A DNA stretch of 64,000 bases from Octopus bimaculoides (GCF_001194135.2 NC_068990.1:45894474-45958473); one strand, 5' to 3'; counted from the stretch's first letter, positions 13,217 through 28,067 are shown. Translations and numbers: made by a program. Notes: generated by a model from the letters alone, not told the origin.

Positions 13217-13497
13217 GAAGGCACATGGCTTAGTGGTTAGGGTTTTTGCACTCATGATTTCAAGATTGTGGTTTTGATTCCCACACCAGTGGTGCATTGT
13301 GTTCTTGAGCAAAATATTTCACTTTAAGTTGCTCCAGTCCACAAAAGTCTAAATGGGTAACCCTGCAACAAACTGATGTTCCATTCAGGGGGAACGTTGG
13401 CTTGCCTGCTTAGTCAGCAACATGGCATCATTCAAAAGTTAAAATGTGAGGAAGCACATTGTGACCAGTAGTGTATAACTATATCTGATAGTCTGGT
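13217..13497 (+). mobile_element. tRNA-derived SINE, family D (tggcttagtggttaggg head, gtgttcttgagcaa...gttgctccagtccac body)
   Basis: Clear A box (TGGCTTAGTGG) and B-box-like ggttttgattcc. Related approximate copies: 5065-5388, 11265-11573, 52440-52665, 53310-53450 (-); 32640-32900, 51405-51690 (+). Confidence 0.75.
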
Positions 13498-13513
13498 TGA
13501 AACAATGATGTAC

Positions 13514-13566
<53 letters not shown>

Positions 13567-14500
13567 ACAAAATTACCTGAATAATACAAAAAGTTATGAA
13601 AGCTTTGACTGAAAAAACTACAATGCTAAGGAATTTTTTTGACATTGCCAGTATACCTGCAACACACTGTTGCAGTTGTCTATAATCAGGAAAAACAGGC
13701 CTGCCTACTTGACTCAATATTAGGCATTAGAATTTATTGAATGTCATTTGTGAAAACTACTCAAACTGGAAATTATAACTGAACAAGGGTGAATGTTAAG
13801 AGTGGAATCAGGATATTTGCTTAATTCTTGGTACAATGATGATGATGGTAGTGATGACAATTCAACCTATGCAATCTCATTTGGAGACTCAATCAATAGA
13901 GTCCACTTATTCCTTTTTTCCATCAACATAAAGGAGAAAATCATCCCAGTCACAGTGCTCTTCATTTTGAAGTTACATACATATTCATTGTGCATTTCAG
14001 TTTTGTCACAGTCTTTCAAAATGAAGAACGGATCTTAACTAAATTCACGATAGCAGCTCTTTCTCAGCTCTGTCAGTATTCTTTAAAACAAGTAGTGTCT
14101 ACTGAAAATCACTTAGAAACACGTAACCTTGCAACTATTAGGCACATCATTTTGTAAATGATCAAAAACTATCAACAACTTCAAACAAATTGACACCTGG
14201 ACATTTGTATCCAGACATTTTCATTCCAACAGATGAAACCACAGATTTGAATTATTGCTTTAAGTTTGCTTTGACATCAATATTGAATATTTGTGATGGG
14301 TGGCAGTAGCCATCAATGGGAAAATTAACACAGCTGAGTTCAACTTAGAAAGAGACTTGGTGCTACAATTATGATGTATTTTTGAAGGGGTTTAGCAAAT
14401 AGATAGAACTAGAATGTGATATAGAAAAGGAAACCAATCTTAAAATTTACTTAACTGAGAGCTTATTTGTTACACTTCAGTACTCACAATAGAACACACA

Positions 14501-14541
<41 letters not shown>

Positions 14542-15072
14542 TTACACTGTTTCCCCTCTATCAAATTCATTCACAATGCATCGGTCAGCCTAGGGCTGAT
14601 AGTACAAGATACTTGCCCAAAGTGCCACACAATATAACTGAACCTGGAACAATGTGTTTACAAAGCTAGCTTCTTAAACCACACAGGAAGATCTTAAGAA
14701 GACCATGAATGTTCTTCTTTAGATTACTACTTTTGTAAGAATTCAGCTGTGATGTTGTTTAGCCATAGGTCAACCTTGAGAGAAACCAAATAGGCTTATG
14801 ATCAAAGGTTGAGTGACCTCTTACAAGTTTACAAATTCCCTTTGTTGGCTCAATTGTAGCTTAGTGGATTAAGATACTGGCTGCATCCTCATAACAAATA
14901 AATTTACAGATCAATATCCTGTCTGAACAGCAGAGAGAAACATATATATAAAACATAAAGACAGTGGAAAAATCAAACCCTGCCTCCACTCCACTTTGCA
15001 AATGAGCCAAAACATTTCTTATACTGCCAATGCAAACAATTCTACCAATACATTTAGGAAATGCACACTCAC

Positions 15073-15180
15073 CTTTTGTTTTTGATTTCCTTTTGCTATC
15101 CGTGAATGTGGGATAATCTTTCCAGCATATACTATATTTGTATTGCAATCGATTAACTCATAACATTGTGCAAAGCCTCC
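15073..15180 (-). CDS. PLK2/PLK3-like: Internal exon (108 bp, phase 0/0) of a Polo-like kinase, PLK2/PLK3 subfamily; encodes [36 protein letters not shown]
   Basis: The minus strand reads ttctgttttccatctttgcag|GGAGGC...CAAAAG|gtgagt, a strong acceptor and a consensus donor. The peptide matches kinase subdomains I-II of PLK2/3 (GGFAKCYE...[20 protein letters not shown]), including the PLK-specific Cys and the catalytic Lys. KIIPHSR is PLK2/3-type rather than PLK1-type (KIVPKS). From memory, exon length and boundaries match vertebrate PLK2 exon 2. Confidence 0.93.
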
Positions 15181-15289
15181 CTGCAAAGATGGAAAACAGA
15201 ACAATAACAAAACTGAAGTATTTCATCGACAATCAAAGAATTTTATAAGGAACTTTCCTTTAAAATATAAAACTTTAATTTATAGTTTA

Positions 15290-15331
<42 letters not shown>

Positions 15332-16064
15332 AGAGAGAGAGAGAGAGAGACAAATAGATGTAGATTTAGCTGTAGATACACACACACACACATATATATT
15401 GCTGACATCATTAGAATTTAGAAATTTCAGGAAAAAGTGTGAAATAATCCTTTTTTAGAACAATGAAACTTGAAACAAATAAAGTTATGAATAATAGTAT
15501 GTAAAATATTGGGTTAGTATAGGAAAAGTCAAAGGCTGCTCATAGAAAACAAACCTACGTCTTCTGTGAACAGTGGGCAACCTTCGACTTTTCCTAACCA
15601 AAGGGATTTTAACCCAACATTTACATACTATTAGTTATAGTTTCATTTACTTCAAGTTTGATTATTTCAAAAAATAATTATATATATATATATATATATA
15701 TTCTGCAAGAACACATCTGCTGACTAGCCATAGAGAAATATTAGCTTATTCGGAAACAAATAAAAGTTGGCAACAGGAAAGGCATCCAGCCATACAAAAT
15801 CAGCCTGAAAAAGCTCCACTTGACCCATATAAGCACAAAAAAGTGGATGTTAAAGTGATGATAATGATTATACACATACACATGTTTATATATATCATTA
15901 TAGATATAGGATAAAGAATTATCAATTTATTAATAAATTAATAATTAATAATTTTACCAAGTAGTTCGGTATGGAAATAAAAAACGTTATCGGTAAAAAC
16001 TTATACAAAAAGTTTTTTTATAATTATAAACATAATTAAGGGATCAGCGGAGATATATTGTGTT

Positions 16065-16111
<47 letters not shown>

Positions 16112-18456
16112 TTTGTATGTATGTATGTAGCTATGTAATGGACTGACTGCATGACCAGTGAGTTTCTGACGAAGGGTCATTTAGTACACCCAACATTTGT
16201 TAATGATATGTTAGGGAAAATTGTGAGGAAATGAAACAAAAGAAGCAACAAATAATTCTTAAACACATACATGCATACAAACACACACACACACACACAC
16301 ACACATTCACACACACACACATATATAAGCAAGCATAATTCTTAAACACATACAGACTCAGAAACCACTCAAAACTTAATTACACCACATGCTTTATTTA
16401 GAACTACTGACAATGGTACTTACATTGACTAACATTAACAACAACAACAATGACAGGAGCAATTTTATAATATGTTTGTTTTTTCTAAATTTTTACTACA
16501 GGGTTTTGAAAAAGGTTAATGTCACAGAATTGAGTACATCTACCTTCGTTTATTATTGATTCACTTATCACTATTTGTACCTACCTAAAGACTAGATGCC
16601 GCTGCTGAAATGGGCAACAGGTTAAGTGTACCATCCAAGAACTCAGAATGTAAAATGCTGGGTTAATTAAGTACCACAAAACATTCCTGTGAGACACTTA
16701 AACATTTCTGCCAATCCACTACTTCAAATTGGAATATCCTTTAATGTTAGTCATCCTGTATGTAAATATGACAGATGGCACTTTAATAGTTATATATGCA
16801 AGTCATTTCCCAATTAAATGTAAGTCCTTTAGCATAATAAGGGTCCCCAAACAACAAGCCACAGACTTGTACCAGTTCACGGATCATTTGGCACCAGACT
16901 ACACAGAAAGAATAAATTCTAAAGATTTTATTTCTATTTTATTAACTAATGTAATCCTCAGTATTTTTGCCTTATATATGTATTAGATATCTGTAATAAT
17001 TAAATTATATATTATACACTCCAGTGTGTTTTGTTATGCATGTGATCCCCACAGTGTAAAAGACATTGGAACCAGTGCTTTAACAATTATATACAAGTCT
17101 TTAGCAACTTGCCATAGTGGCATTTATCTCCAGTTTATATGATATTAAATAAATGAGATACAAATCTTCCTATCCTCAGATAGGATGGCAAGTGAGCTTT
17201 TCTGTGACAGTACTACAAGCTGATGAAATACTCACTGATTTTACAATACTGTCACTGTTTACAGTGACAAGTTATTTTAAAACTGAGATACAAATTTGTA
17301 TGGCTGGGCTTGAGAATCATATGTATCAATCATAGACACAAAGCAGTGTCTGTGACAGGATGTGAACCACTGACCTCTAGGTCAGTTGTTCTGTACTCTA
17401 TCGACTTTGTCATCCATGCTTTTTCTCTCTATCTCTCTGTGCAGGTACTGTAAGAATATTTTATTTTTATGTTCCTTGTTTCAAGGACTTGCTTATAAAC
17501 ATTGAGGAACATTGATAAAGACATAAGTAGCTACTTAAATTTTTGTTGAAGGTCACTTCTGTGTTTCCCAAACTATAGAGTTCTGAGAAGGCTGAAAGTT
17601 GTAACACTTTAAGCAACAATAAGCATTCTCTGTTTTAAACCTCTTGATATTTATAAACAATTATTATATACAATCTCTTGATGTAGTTTTCAATTTCCCT
17701 CTAGGCCTTCCTTTAGCTGCCATACGGATATATAATATAAAAACAAAAATGTAATGCCACAAAATAAAAAATAATAAAATAAAATAAAACTTGACAAGTA
17801 AGGAGGGCTAATGGTGTCGATCAGACTACATATATGAAATGGTGTCATACTTGATTGTATTTCAAATCTCACTTTAGAGTCAATTGCCCTTTGTTTTTTA
17901 ATAAATGCATAATTTTTCTTTATTTTTTATTTTATTTCTTCATAATAGAGCTGCATTTGATATGTACACCATCTCATGTTAAAACATAATCTAAAACAAC
18001 GCTTGGCCAAAAGAATATTAAACAAATGGAAATAAAGCGAACATTTCTTTTGCTTTATTTTTAAAAAAAAGTCTTTTAGTCAGGAAGACATTGCTCATAA
18101 CCCTTTTTACAGGGTGTTCAAAACTAGTAGAAGGAAATGAAGAAGGTATACTGAAACAGGAGGCCTGATCTGAATGATTGCAATGGAGTGGACCCTACCA
18201 AAGGCATCCAAGATGCCAGGTGGCAGTGTTAAACCAGGAAACATATTAAATCGATAATTGTAGGATTTGAACTCAGAATGCCAAAAACTGGAATGAATTC
18301 CATAAAATTTTCAGTCCAATGTTCTGATAGTTCTACCAATCCATTGCATTGTTTTGTATTTTTTCCTCAACACCAGTCATACCAAAAAGGATGAAAGGCA
18401 AAGGTGACTTCAGCAAGATTTGAACACAAGAGTGATGCGAATCAAAACAGATACTG

Positions 18457-19270
18457 CAAAGCATTATATCTTAAGCTCTAATGATCCGGTCAACTCATGG
18501 CTTGATGGTTAGTATCTGATCAGCTGACTATTATACAACCAACTATCTATACAGTTAACTATAATAATAACTACAGTTTAAAAGAAACTTGAGTGTTTAT
18601 ATGAAAGTAAATGGCTCTCTGTTGATTTGGATGATGGGTATTTGTTTATTTGATCAACTGAACTACTATTCATTAAATTAGCTGGGTATTCCACAGACAG
18701 AATCAGCATGACACATTGTGTGACTAAGCTGAGCCTTTAAATTGCAGCTAAAATCCATCTGATGGCCTTTCAAACAGCTTCCATCAACCCAGTTTCACCC
18801 ACAAGGCTTGAATGAACTTGAGACTATGGTAAATGACATTTACTCCAAGGTGCCATACTGGACAAAACTTCTTAACCATTTGGCCATGCCCTATCCGTAT
18901 ATCTTTTAGCTTTTACTTGTTTCAGTCACTGGACTGAGGCCATGCTGGGGCATCACCTTGGAGGGTTTAATCAAGCAAAATGACCCCAGTAATTATATTT
19001 TGTTAAAGTCTGGTACTTATTCTATTGGTTTCTTATGCTGAACTGCTAAGTTATAGGGACATAATGAAAAGAAACCAGCACCAGTTGTCAAGCGCTGGTG
19101 GGATGATAAACATACAGACACACACACACAAACACATTTATATATATACATACATATACACATGTACAAAGCATTATATCTCATGCTCTAATGATCCTGT
19201 CGATTCATGGCCTGATGGTTAGTATCTGATCAGCTAACTATTATAAAACCAACTATCTATACAGTTAACT
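18457..19270 (+). repeat. 104-bp direct duplication (18457-18560 and 19167-19270)
   Basis: caaagcattatatct...gctctaatgatcc...gatggttagtatctgatcagct...ccaactatctatacagttaact; about 8 mismatches by eye. Confidence 0.85.
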
Positions 19271-19390
19271 TTCAGTTTCCATCTTTTAAATTCATTCACA
19301 AGACTTCACTTGGCCTGGAGCTATGGTTGAAGACTTTGCCAATGTGCTTTTTAACCACAGATTGATGCCTGTGTGTGTGTGTGTGTGTTA

Positions 19391-19480
<90 letters not shown>

Positions 19481-20697
19481 ATATACATGTGCACAACATA
19501 ACATGAATCAGAAGTATTGAAATAAATTTAAACAGCTTAGAGGCCATTAGCTGTGATGAGGAACCAACCATATAGGAATGAGGAATGTAAACACATTTGT
19601 TCTGTGTTTTTGATCTGCAGAACAAAAGTGTAATGAATTTAAAGTATTTAAAATATATTTCAAGAAATTTAATTCACAGTATGTTTCATCCTCTATCTTT
19701 TACTTGTGTCAGTCATTAGATTGTGGCCATGCTGGTGCACTTCCTTAAAGGGTTTTTAGTCAAACAAATCATCCCCAAAACTAATGTTTTTTTTATTTAT
19801 TTAAGTCAGGTATTTCCTCTACTGAACTCTTTTGCTGAACTGCTAAGTTATGGGGTTGTCCCCCACATATATGCCTTCTCATTAGTAATGCTTTCCTGTA
19901 TATATACTTAAATGTAATTGCTTTTGTAAAAATATACTGCGCTTCATATTTGTGGCTCTGATGAAGCTATAAGGTGTTACTCAGGTACTCAACTATAAGT
20001 CCACTGCTTTGTATAGCAGAAACAGCTGTAAGCTAATGAAGTTCACATGATAATTGTTTATTGCTTTGTTATCTCTTTTTTCATATGTGTGTGTGTGTGT
20101 ATGAAATAAAATGAGACAGCAAAGACAAGGCTGTGTGGAATTTTCTGGCTTACCTGCCACCTTGTGTCTTCTGGATATCAACACCTCTCATATATATATG
20201 TGTAGAAAATTCAAGCAAATGTGAAATAATTCGTTTTTGGAATGGGGAAATCCAAGACAAATAAAGACATAAATAATAACCTGTCTATATTAGGTTTAAA
20301 AATCCCTTTTTGATAGAAAATCTGTTTTAGCCCAATATTTATTTGCAATCATATATAGTTTTATTTGCTTCAAGTTTCACTGTTCCAAAATAGAATTACA
20401 CACACACACACATATCTATACACACTTACATACAAATGTTTATAAATAAGACTAATGCAAGTGCACAGCTGTATGTATATTTATATATGTTATAATTGTA
20501 GATGAGTATCAAGATATAAACAGTGAGATAAAAATCGATAAAACACTCCAAAGATATACTACATAAGTGACAGTTAATATATCTGATTAAAAAAGTAGGG
20601 AACGTATATACCATTGAATGTGGAATATAGGATAGTAATGGAGAAGATATGAATGTGGAGAGAAGGAGGGTATGAGGAGATAAAGTGGAGATGCGAA

Positions 20698-20764
<67 letters not shown>

Positions 20765-20907
20765 GGAGAGAGAATTAATGAAAATGAAAATATAGGATAT
20801 AAATGGGTTGTGTGTNNNNNNNNNNNNNNNNNNNNNNNNNNNNNNNNNNNNNNNNNNNNNNNNNNNNNNNNNNNNNNNNNNNNNNNNNNNNNNNNNNNNN
20901 NNNNNNN

Positions 20908-20947
<40 letters not shown>

Positions 20948-21248
20948 AAGAGAGTGAGAGCGAGGAGGGGTGAAGTAGGGAAGATAGTTTCTGTCTTCAA
21001 TATACTCAAATATGATGTTTTGTACATAAGCTGTACCTTTTATTTTTTGTCATTTACATATTTCTCAGGACTGGGCACTGCCTTAAGGGGTTTATTTGAA
21101 TAGATTAATTCCAATACATTTTCTTTTCTAAAATCTGGTACTTATTCTATCAGTCTCTTTTGCTGAATTCTTAAATTACAGGGATGCAAACAAACCACCA
21201 TACTGAGGGTGGGGACACAAACATAAACAGGTATGTGTGTGAGTGTGT

Positions 21249-21294
<46 letters not shown>

Positions 21295-23578
21295 AAGAGA
21301 AACAACTGGTATAAGATGTGTATGGACGAGGACAGCTGTGTAAAGAAGTGTTGATCTCTAGCTGTGGAAGGAACCTGTGGTAGAGGTAGACCCAGGAAAA
21401 CATGAGACAAGGTGGTGAAGCATGATCTTCGAAAATGGGGCCTCACAGAGGCAATGACTAGAGACAGAGACCTTTGGTGATGTGCCGTGCTTGAGCCAAG
21501 TGAATCATAGTCATGGTAACCGGCAACCATGCTGGTGGCATGTAAAGAACACCTTTTGAGTGTTGGGCTTCATGGAGGCAAAATGACTGAGTTCCTTTCG
21601 AGTGTTGGGCCTCACAGAGGTAATGACTGAGACTTTTGGCATTATGTCATGCTTGAGAAGAAGACCCATCAAGCCGAGCAAAATTGCAATTGTGGCAGAT
21701 ACTGGTGTCACACAAATTGGTACCTGTGCTGGTGGCACGTAAAAGCACCCCGGTGTCACACAGATGGCATCCGTGCCAGTGGCATGTAAAAGTACCCATT
21801 ACACTCTCAAAGTTCTTGACGTTAGGAAGGGCATCCAGCTGTAGAAAACCATGCCCAATCGGAGTGAAACCGTCCAACCCATGCCAGCATGGACAACGGA
21901 CATTAAATGCCGATGATGGTGATATATATTTAGATATATATATATATGATAGACCTCCACACAAGTTCTCTCTATCAAATTCATTCACAAGGCATTGGTT
22001 GGACCAAGCTACAGTAGAAGACACTCGCCCAAAGTGGTATGCAGCAGTGTGACTGAATCTGAAACGATGTGGTTGAAAAGTAAGCTTTTTAACCACACAG
22101 CCATGCCTGCATCTATAGAGATATTCATTTCTGAAGCATCCCTACTCTTTTTCTCAATCTTCCTCTCAATCCATCCTCTTACTATCACTCAGTGTCTCCA
22201 TTTCTATCTCTCTATTTCCATTCCTCTCACTCAACACATTGTTTTTTCTCTCACCCAACACCTTTCTCTTTTATTCCTTTTCTTTTCCTTTTTCTCTAAC
22301 TTTCTATACTTGCATCAAGCAACCTCTCTCTCCAATTCTCTCACTTGTTTTTCACTGAACCTTTGTCTCCTTTCTTTCTGTCTCTCTCTCTTTTCACTGA
22401 ACTTCTGTTTCCTTTTCTCCCATCTCTGTCTCTGTCTCTCTGTCTCTCTCTCTCTCTCTCTCCCTCCCGCTCTCAAATCTGGTCTCTGTGAATTTCACCT
22501 CTTCCTTTCATTCTCACTCAACTTTTCTTTAACCAACTGACTATGTAATTCTGTCTCACAGAATTTTACTTCTTTTAAATCAGATTCTGCCAAAGTAAAT
22601 AGATATTTGAGGCCAAAAAGGAGAAAAACATAACAAAACAAAAAATGCTCAATAATTAAAAAAAACCCCTGCAGAGNNNNNNNNNNNNNNNNNNNNNNNN
22701 NNNNNNNNNNNNNNNNNNNNNNNNNNNNNNNNNNNNNNNNNNNNNNNNNNNNNNNNNNNNNNNNNNNNNNNNNNNNNNNNNNNNNNNNNNNNNNNNNNNN
22801 NNNNNNNNNNNNNNNNNNNNNNNNNNNNNNNNNNNNNNNNNNNNNNNNNNNNNNNNNNNNNNNNNNNNNNNNNNNNNNNNNNNNNNNNNNNNNNNNNNNN
22901 NNNNNNNNNNNNNNNNNNNNNNNNNNNNNNNNNNNNNNNNNNNNNNNNNNNNNNNNNNNNNNNNNNNNNNNNNNNNNNNNNNNNNNNNNNNNNNNNNNNN
23001 NNNNNNNNNNNNNNNNNNNNNNNNNNNNNNNNNNNNNNNNNNNNNNNNNNNNNNNNNNNNNNNNNNNNNNNNNNNNNNNNNNNNNNNNNNNNNNNNNNNN
23101 NNNNNNNNNNNNNNNNNNNNNNNNNNNNNNNNNNNNNNNNNNNNNNNNNNNNNNNNNNNNNNNNNNNNNNNNNNNNNNNNNNNNNNNNNNNNNNNNNNNN
23201 NNNNNNNNNNNNNNNNNNNNNNNNNNNNNNNNNNNNNNNNNNNNNNNNNNNNNNNNNNNNNNNNNNNNNNNNNNNNNNNNNNNNNNNNNNNNNNNNNNNN
23301 NNNNNNNNNNNNNNNNNNNNNNNNNNNNNNNNNNNNNNNNNNNNNNNNNNNNNNNNNNNNNNNNNNNNNNNNNNNNNNNNNNNNNNNNNNNNNNNNNNNN
23401 NNNNNNNNNNNNNNNNNNNNNNNNNNNNNNNNNNNNNNNNNNNNNNNNNNNNNNNNNNNNNNNNNNNNNNNNNNNNNNNNNNNNNNNNNNNNNNNNNNNN
23501 NNNNNNNNNNNNNNNNNNNNNNNNNNNNNNNNNNNNNNNNNNNNNNNNNNNNNNNNNNNATTTTATGCTGTGGTATGT

Positions 23579-23708
23579 GCAGACATGGCTGTGTGGTTAA
23601 GAAACTTGCTTCTCAACCATATGAGCTTGGGTTCAGTCCCACAGTGTGGCACCTTGGGCAAATGTCTTCTACTGTAACCCTGGGTTAATCAATACTTTTG
23701 AATGGATT
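23579..23708 (+). mobile_element. tRNA-derived SINE, family E (CORE-like, gcaccttgggcaagtgtcttctactatagc)
   Basis: Head ggctgtgtggttaagaa...gggttcagtccc (A/B-box-like) plus a CORE-like ttgggcaa motif. Other approximate copies: 1780-1925, 14540-14685, 21950-22110, 23943-24093, 25315-25460, 46835-46985 (-); 36990-37140, 59780-59890 (+). Confidence 0.75.
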
Positions 23709-24103
23709 TTTCTCTTTTTTTTTTCTTTTACTTGTTTCAGTCATTTGACTGTGGTCATGCTGGAGCACCGCCTTAAGTCGAGCAAATCGACCCCAGGATT
23801 TATTCTTTGGAAGCCTAGTACTTATTCTATTGGTCTCTTTGCCGAACTGCTAAGTTACGGGGACGTAAACACACCACCATCGGTTGTCAAGCGATGTTGG
23901 GGAGACAAACAGACACAAATATATACACACACATACATATATACGACGGGCTTTTTTCAGTTTCCGTGTACTAAATCCACTCACAAGGATTTGGTCGGCC
24001 CAAAGCTATAGTAGAAGACACTTGGCCAAGGTGCCAAGCAGTAGGAATGAACTCGGAACCATGTGGTTGGTAAGCAAACTACTTACCACACAGNNNNNNN
24101 NNN

Positions 24104-24147
<44 letters not shown>

Positions 24148-25129
24148 CCCCCACACACATATATGTAAATGTATGTGTGTGTATGAGTTTGTGTGTACCC
24201 TTGTCTAGACATCACATGATGGTTGTAATCGATAACCATCATCATACAAACAAAGTTGTTTGTTTCCAATCTTCTATGGAAAACATATCTAACTATGGGG
24301 AAAATGTCACCTTGCTTGGAAACAAGTGAAAAGAAGGTATCTGGCCATAGATCTACCTCAACAAATTCCACCCAGTCCGTGCAAGCATGGAAAAGTATAC
24401 ATGAAATGAAATTATGCTGATGCCTTACACTATGCTGCACTTTATTGCTAAAACAGGCAAAAACTTATATAATGGAGAGTCATATTGGACTTTGGCAGTC
24501 ATGTTTCCTACTCACTGATAAAACAATGTCCAAAACAATCTAATCATAACAAAGGCTTTTCTACAGTAAGCAAAGTTCACCTAGGTGGGATTTGAGCTCA
24601 GAAATGTTCTCTTTCACCTGTGGTTTGTAAACAAAATTTAGGGAGAGCAAATTTATAATGTATGGCAAGAAAAAATGAAAGAGCAAAAGAAAATCATATA
24701 CACATATATAAACATGCAACACACACACATGCATATACATAGCCAAACAGTTTCTTTTGGAACTTGTCACCCCCTGGAATTACACACACACACACACACA
24801 CACTTGGACATATATTCACATACATAATCACACACACACATAAATGTACTTATGCACATATACATAGATATGTAAATATAAACCATATATCGACAGTCAA
24901 GCGGCTGTTCCTAACAAAAGAACGGGTATGTCATATATTTTCACTATGTGACAACACATCCCATGCATGTTTCCATCATTTCTTTATGAATGCATAAAAT
25001 TCTTTTCCTTTCAGACATTACATGAAAAACTGTCAGGTTTCATTTTTTTTTTCTTTTTTCTTTTTGGTACACAAAAATTACACACACACACACACAAGAT
25101 TTCTTTAAGGAGCAGATAAAATCTTTTAT

Positions 25130-25183
<54 letters not shown>

Positions 25184-25748
25184 GCAGAATGCCGTGGGTC
25201 ACCATGATGGCTTTTGTAGTCCAAAGTGTGCCTCTCATTCGTTTTTGACTAAGAATTGAGTGGTTGCTTATCTGTGCAGTAAGAAGTGAGTGAGAGAGAC
25301 AGATAGACAGACAGAGAGTTTCTTTCAGTTTCCGTCTACCAAATCCACTCACAAGGATTTGGTTAGCCCAAAGCTATAGTAGAAGACACTTACCCAAGGT
25401 GCCACACAGTGGGACAGAACCTGGAACCATGTGGTTGGGAAGCTAGCTTCTTACCACACTCCCGCAATATATATATAAAATATAGTTTAATGAAAGTCAT
25501 ACTAACAAGCAAATGGTGGGCATGATTCCTTCAAGGTAGAGCTGTACACTAATCAGATGGCAAATGTTAAGGATTTAGGTGAAACAATGCCAAAGATGGC
25601 TGATGTTCAATTTAAATCCCTAAAGTGACCTTCTGAAGAGCATGGAGTTCAGTTCTTTGTTAGTATTACTGTTATTAAATCGTATTTTAAGCCCTCACAG
25701 TTTTCATAGAGTTGAGTGGTCTTTGTTTTATAACTAAGATCCACAACT

Positions 25749-25873
25749 GATCTCGGCCGCCTGGACTACGGTTCCCAGTTATGGTCACCACATAGTGCCA
25801 AACTAAAGCGGAGCTTGAAGCAGTCCAATGCCACTACACTAAAAAGACTGAAACAATGCAGTGGATGAGCTAT
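25749..25873 (+). mobile_element. CR1/L2-group LINE ORF2 C-terminal fragment
   Basis: DLGRLDYGSQLWSPH, then a frameshift, then ELEAVQCHYTKKTETMQWMSY. This resembles the RLDYCSQLWSP...LEAVQRRYTK motif of CR1-type LINEs. Confidence 0.7.
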
Positions 25874-26145
25874 GTATATATGTATGTATATACATAATGA
25901 GTATGTGTATACGTACACACACGTATACAAATGAAAGCAAGTAGTGAACAACACATCTGGTGGGAGTTACGTATATTTTTTAATAACAGTTTGACTCAGC
26001 TCTATATCACTTTAAATCTCATGGGTGCATAGGATGAGCCTATCACATCGATATTTGATGAAATGGATTTGTCCTACATGCCCACGGTACTTTAAGTCAT
26101 ATACAGCTAAGCTAAACTGTTAACACACACATATGCATATGTATA

Positions 26146-26247
<102 letters not shown>

Positions 26248-26358
26248 TATGTATCTATGTCTCTATGTATGTATGTATCTATCAATATATATATATATAT
26301 ATAGATATATATATATATATATGCATATGTATCTATGTCTCTATGTATGTATCTATCA

Positions 26359-26397
<39 letters not shown>

Positions 26398-28067
26398 TAC
26401 ATGTGTTTGTGTGTATGCGTGTATACTTACGTATATATTTTTGTTGATACATGTGACTGCAAACTGCAAATGTTATAAATAGTGTGTGTGTAAGCACGTA
26501 CACACACAAGCTGGACAAACTGGTTACGTCAGTATTTGTGAGTGACAACAGCAGAGCAATCCTAAAAACTAGGTCACAAATGTTTATCTAAATATTATTA
26601 ATAGTTATTAGTGAGAAAGACTGTAGTTAAAAGAGCAATCTGAGAAGTTTGATGACAATGATGATGGTGACGGTGATACTGGCAGTGGTGTCAGAAGTCT
26701 AAGAAAAAAAAACATAATCAACCATCAAAGGAGCCTCTTTGTGGTTGATCGACCTGCTAGAATTAGCAGCCTTATGTCTTTCAAAGTTCACCCTAACGAT
26801 GTAAAAATGTATGAACATCAAACTAGTCCTGAATATAGTAGAGTTTATAACATAGGAACAAGGTGTCAAATTTGGGTGTAGTGTGGTCAGTTATATAAAC
26901 CACAGTACTTGACTATCACTTTCAAGAGTTTTAACCAATGATATTGACATCAGTGCTGGATTCAATCATTGGACTATACCCATGCTGAGGCACCACTTTC
27001 AAGAATTTTAGCCAATCATATTGATACCATTACTGGTTTCAGTCATTGGATTACAACCAAGCTGGAACACTGATTTTCAAACAATCCTACCAATCCACCA
27101 GCATTTATAATGTAGTGAAGGCCAGAACCTAAAGCTTTAGTAACTAGGATCAGACAACACTTAGATCAGGTGACATACCCTGAATACTATCAAATCAGCT
27201 TTCTAGAATATCACACCATATCACAGAATATTCCATCATGTTCTATCAGATTACTGCATAATAGGGATATAAAAGCAAAAGCACACCAGAATCAGTGCAG
27301 AAGTGGCAAAGGGCACAATGCATGCAGCACAAGTCTGTGTGCAGCAGAGGTTAAAGAAAGTTCCAGAGAAGACAGATGAACTCAGAATTCTTGGTCCCTG
27401 TATGATCTCTGTTTGAACGAATTACATCATTGCACTTCTCCAAGCAAGTACCATGAATACAATATCCTCACCTCTTACTGCACAAATAAGCGACCAATCA
27501 ATTCTTAATCAAAAACAAATGAGAGGCACAGTACTGACATTAGAAAGTGACCTGAAAGAGAAAGTACAGCCAAACCAACAATTTTCCACACTTGTAACCC
27601 AGACATTAAAAAAAGTTACTAACAATGATGATGACAGAGAAACGGCTCTGGTTATTTTGGGGGAACAGCATGCAGCTGAATTCAACTTCACTAACCATTC
27701 ATCACCCCAATTCATCAGCTTCATCATGACAACATAGAAACAAGGCTAAAAATTGGAGAGGTGGGGTATTAGTTAATTAAGTTGATCCCATTATTTGATT
27801 GGTGCTTCAACCCCAGAAAGATGAAAGGCAAAAATTTGCCTTCTTCACAGTTGAATGTAGAATATAGTGCAATTTCTCTTAATGTCCTAAGACAATAAGT
27901 TTAACACTTCACCAATTCTGCTAGCTCTCAATGAAAGAGAAAAAGTTACACAATGATTTTTAAAATGGCTTTTGTTACAAATAAAAAAAACAAGAAAATT
28001 GTATTTCCTTTTTGGATTTGGTTTGCAAGATTCTTTATGTGAGTTCGTGTGTTGAAGCATATTCTGC

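Noticed and set aside
13217-13300. tRNA-like sequences with A and B boxes (also 23579, 32640, 51405, 59780)
   Set aside because: SINE heads: they lack a full cloverleaf and run directly into SINE bodies.
21995-22540. 181-aa ORF rich in Leu/Ser/Phe
   Set aside because: A family E SINE followed by a CT-rich low-complexity tract.
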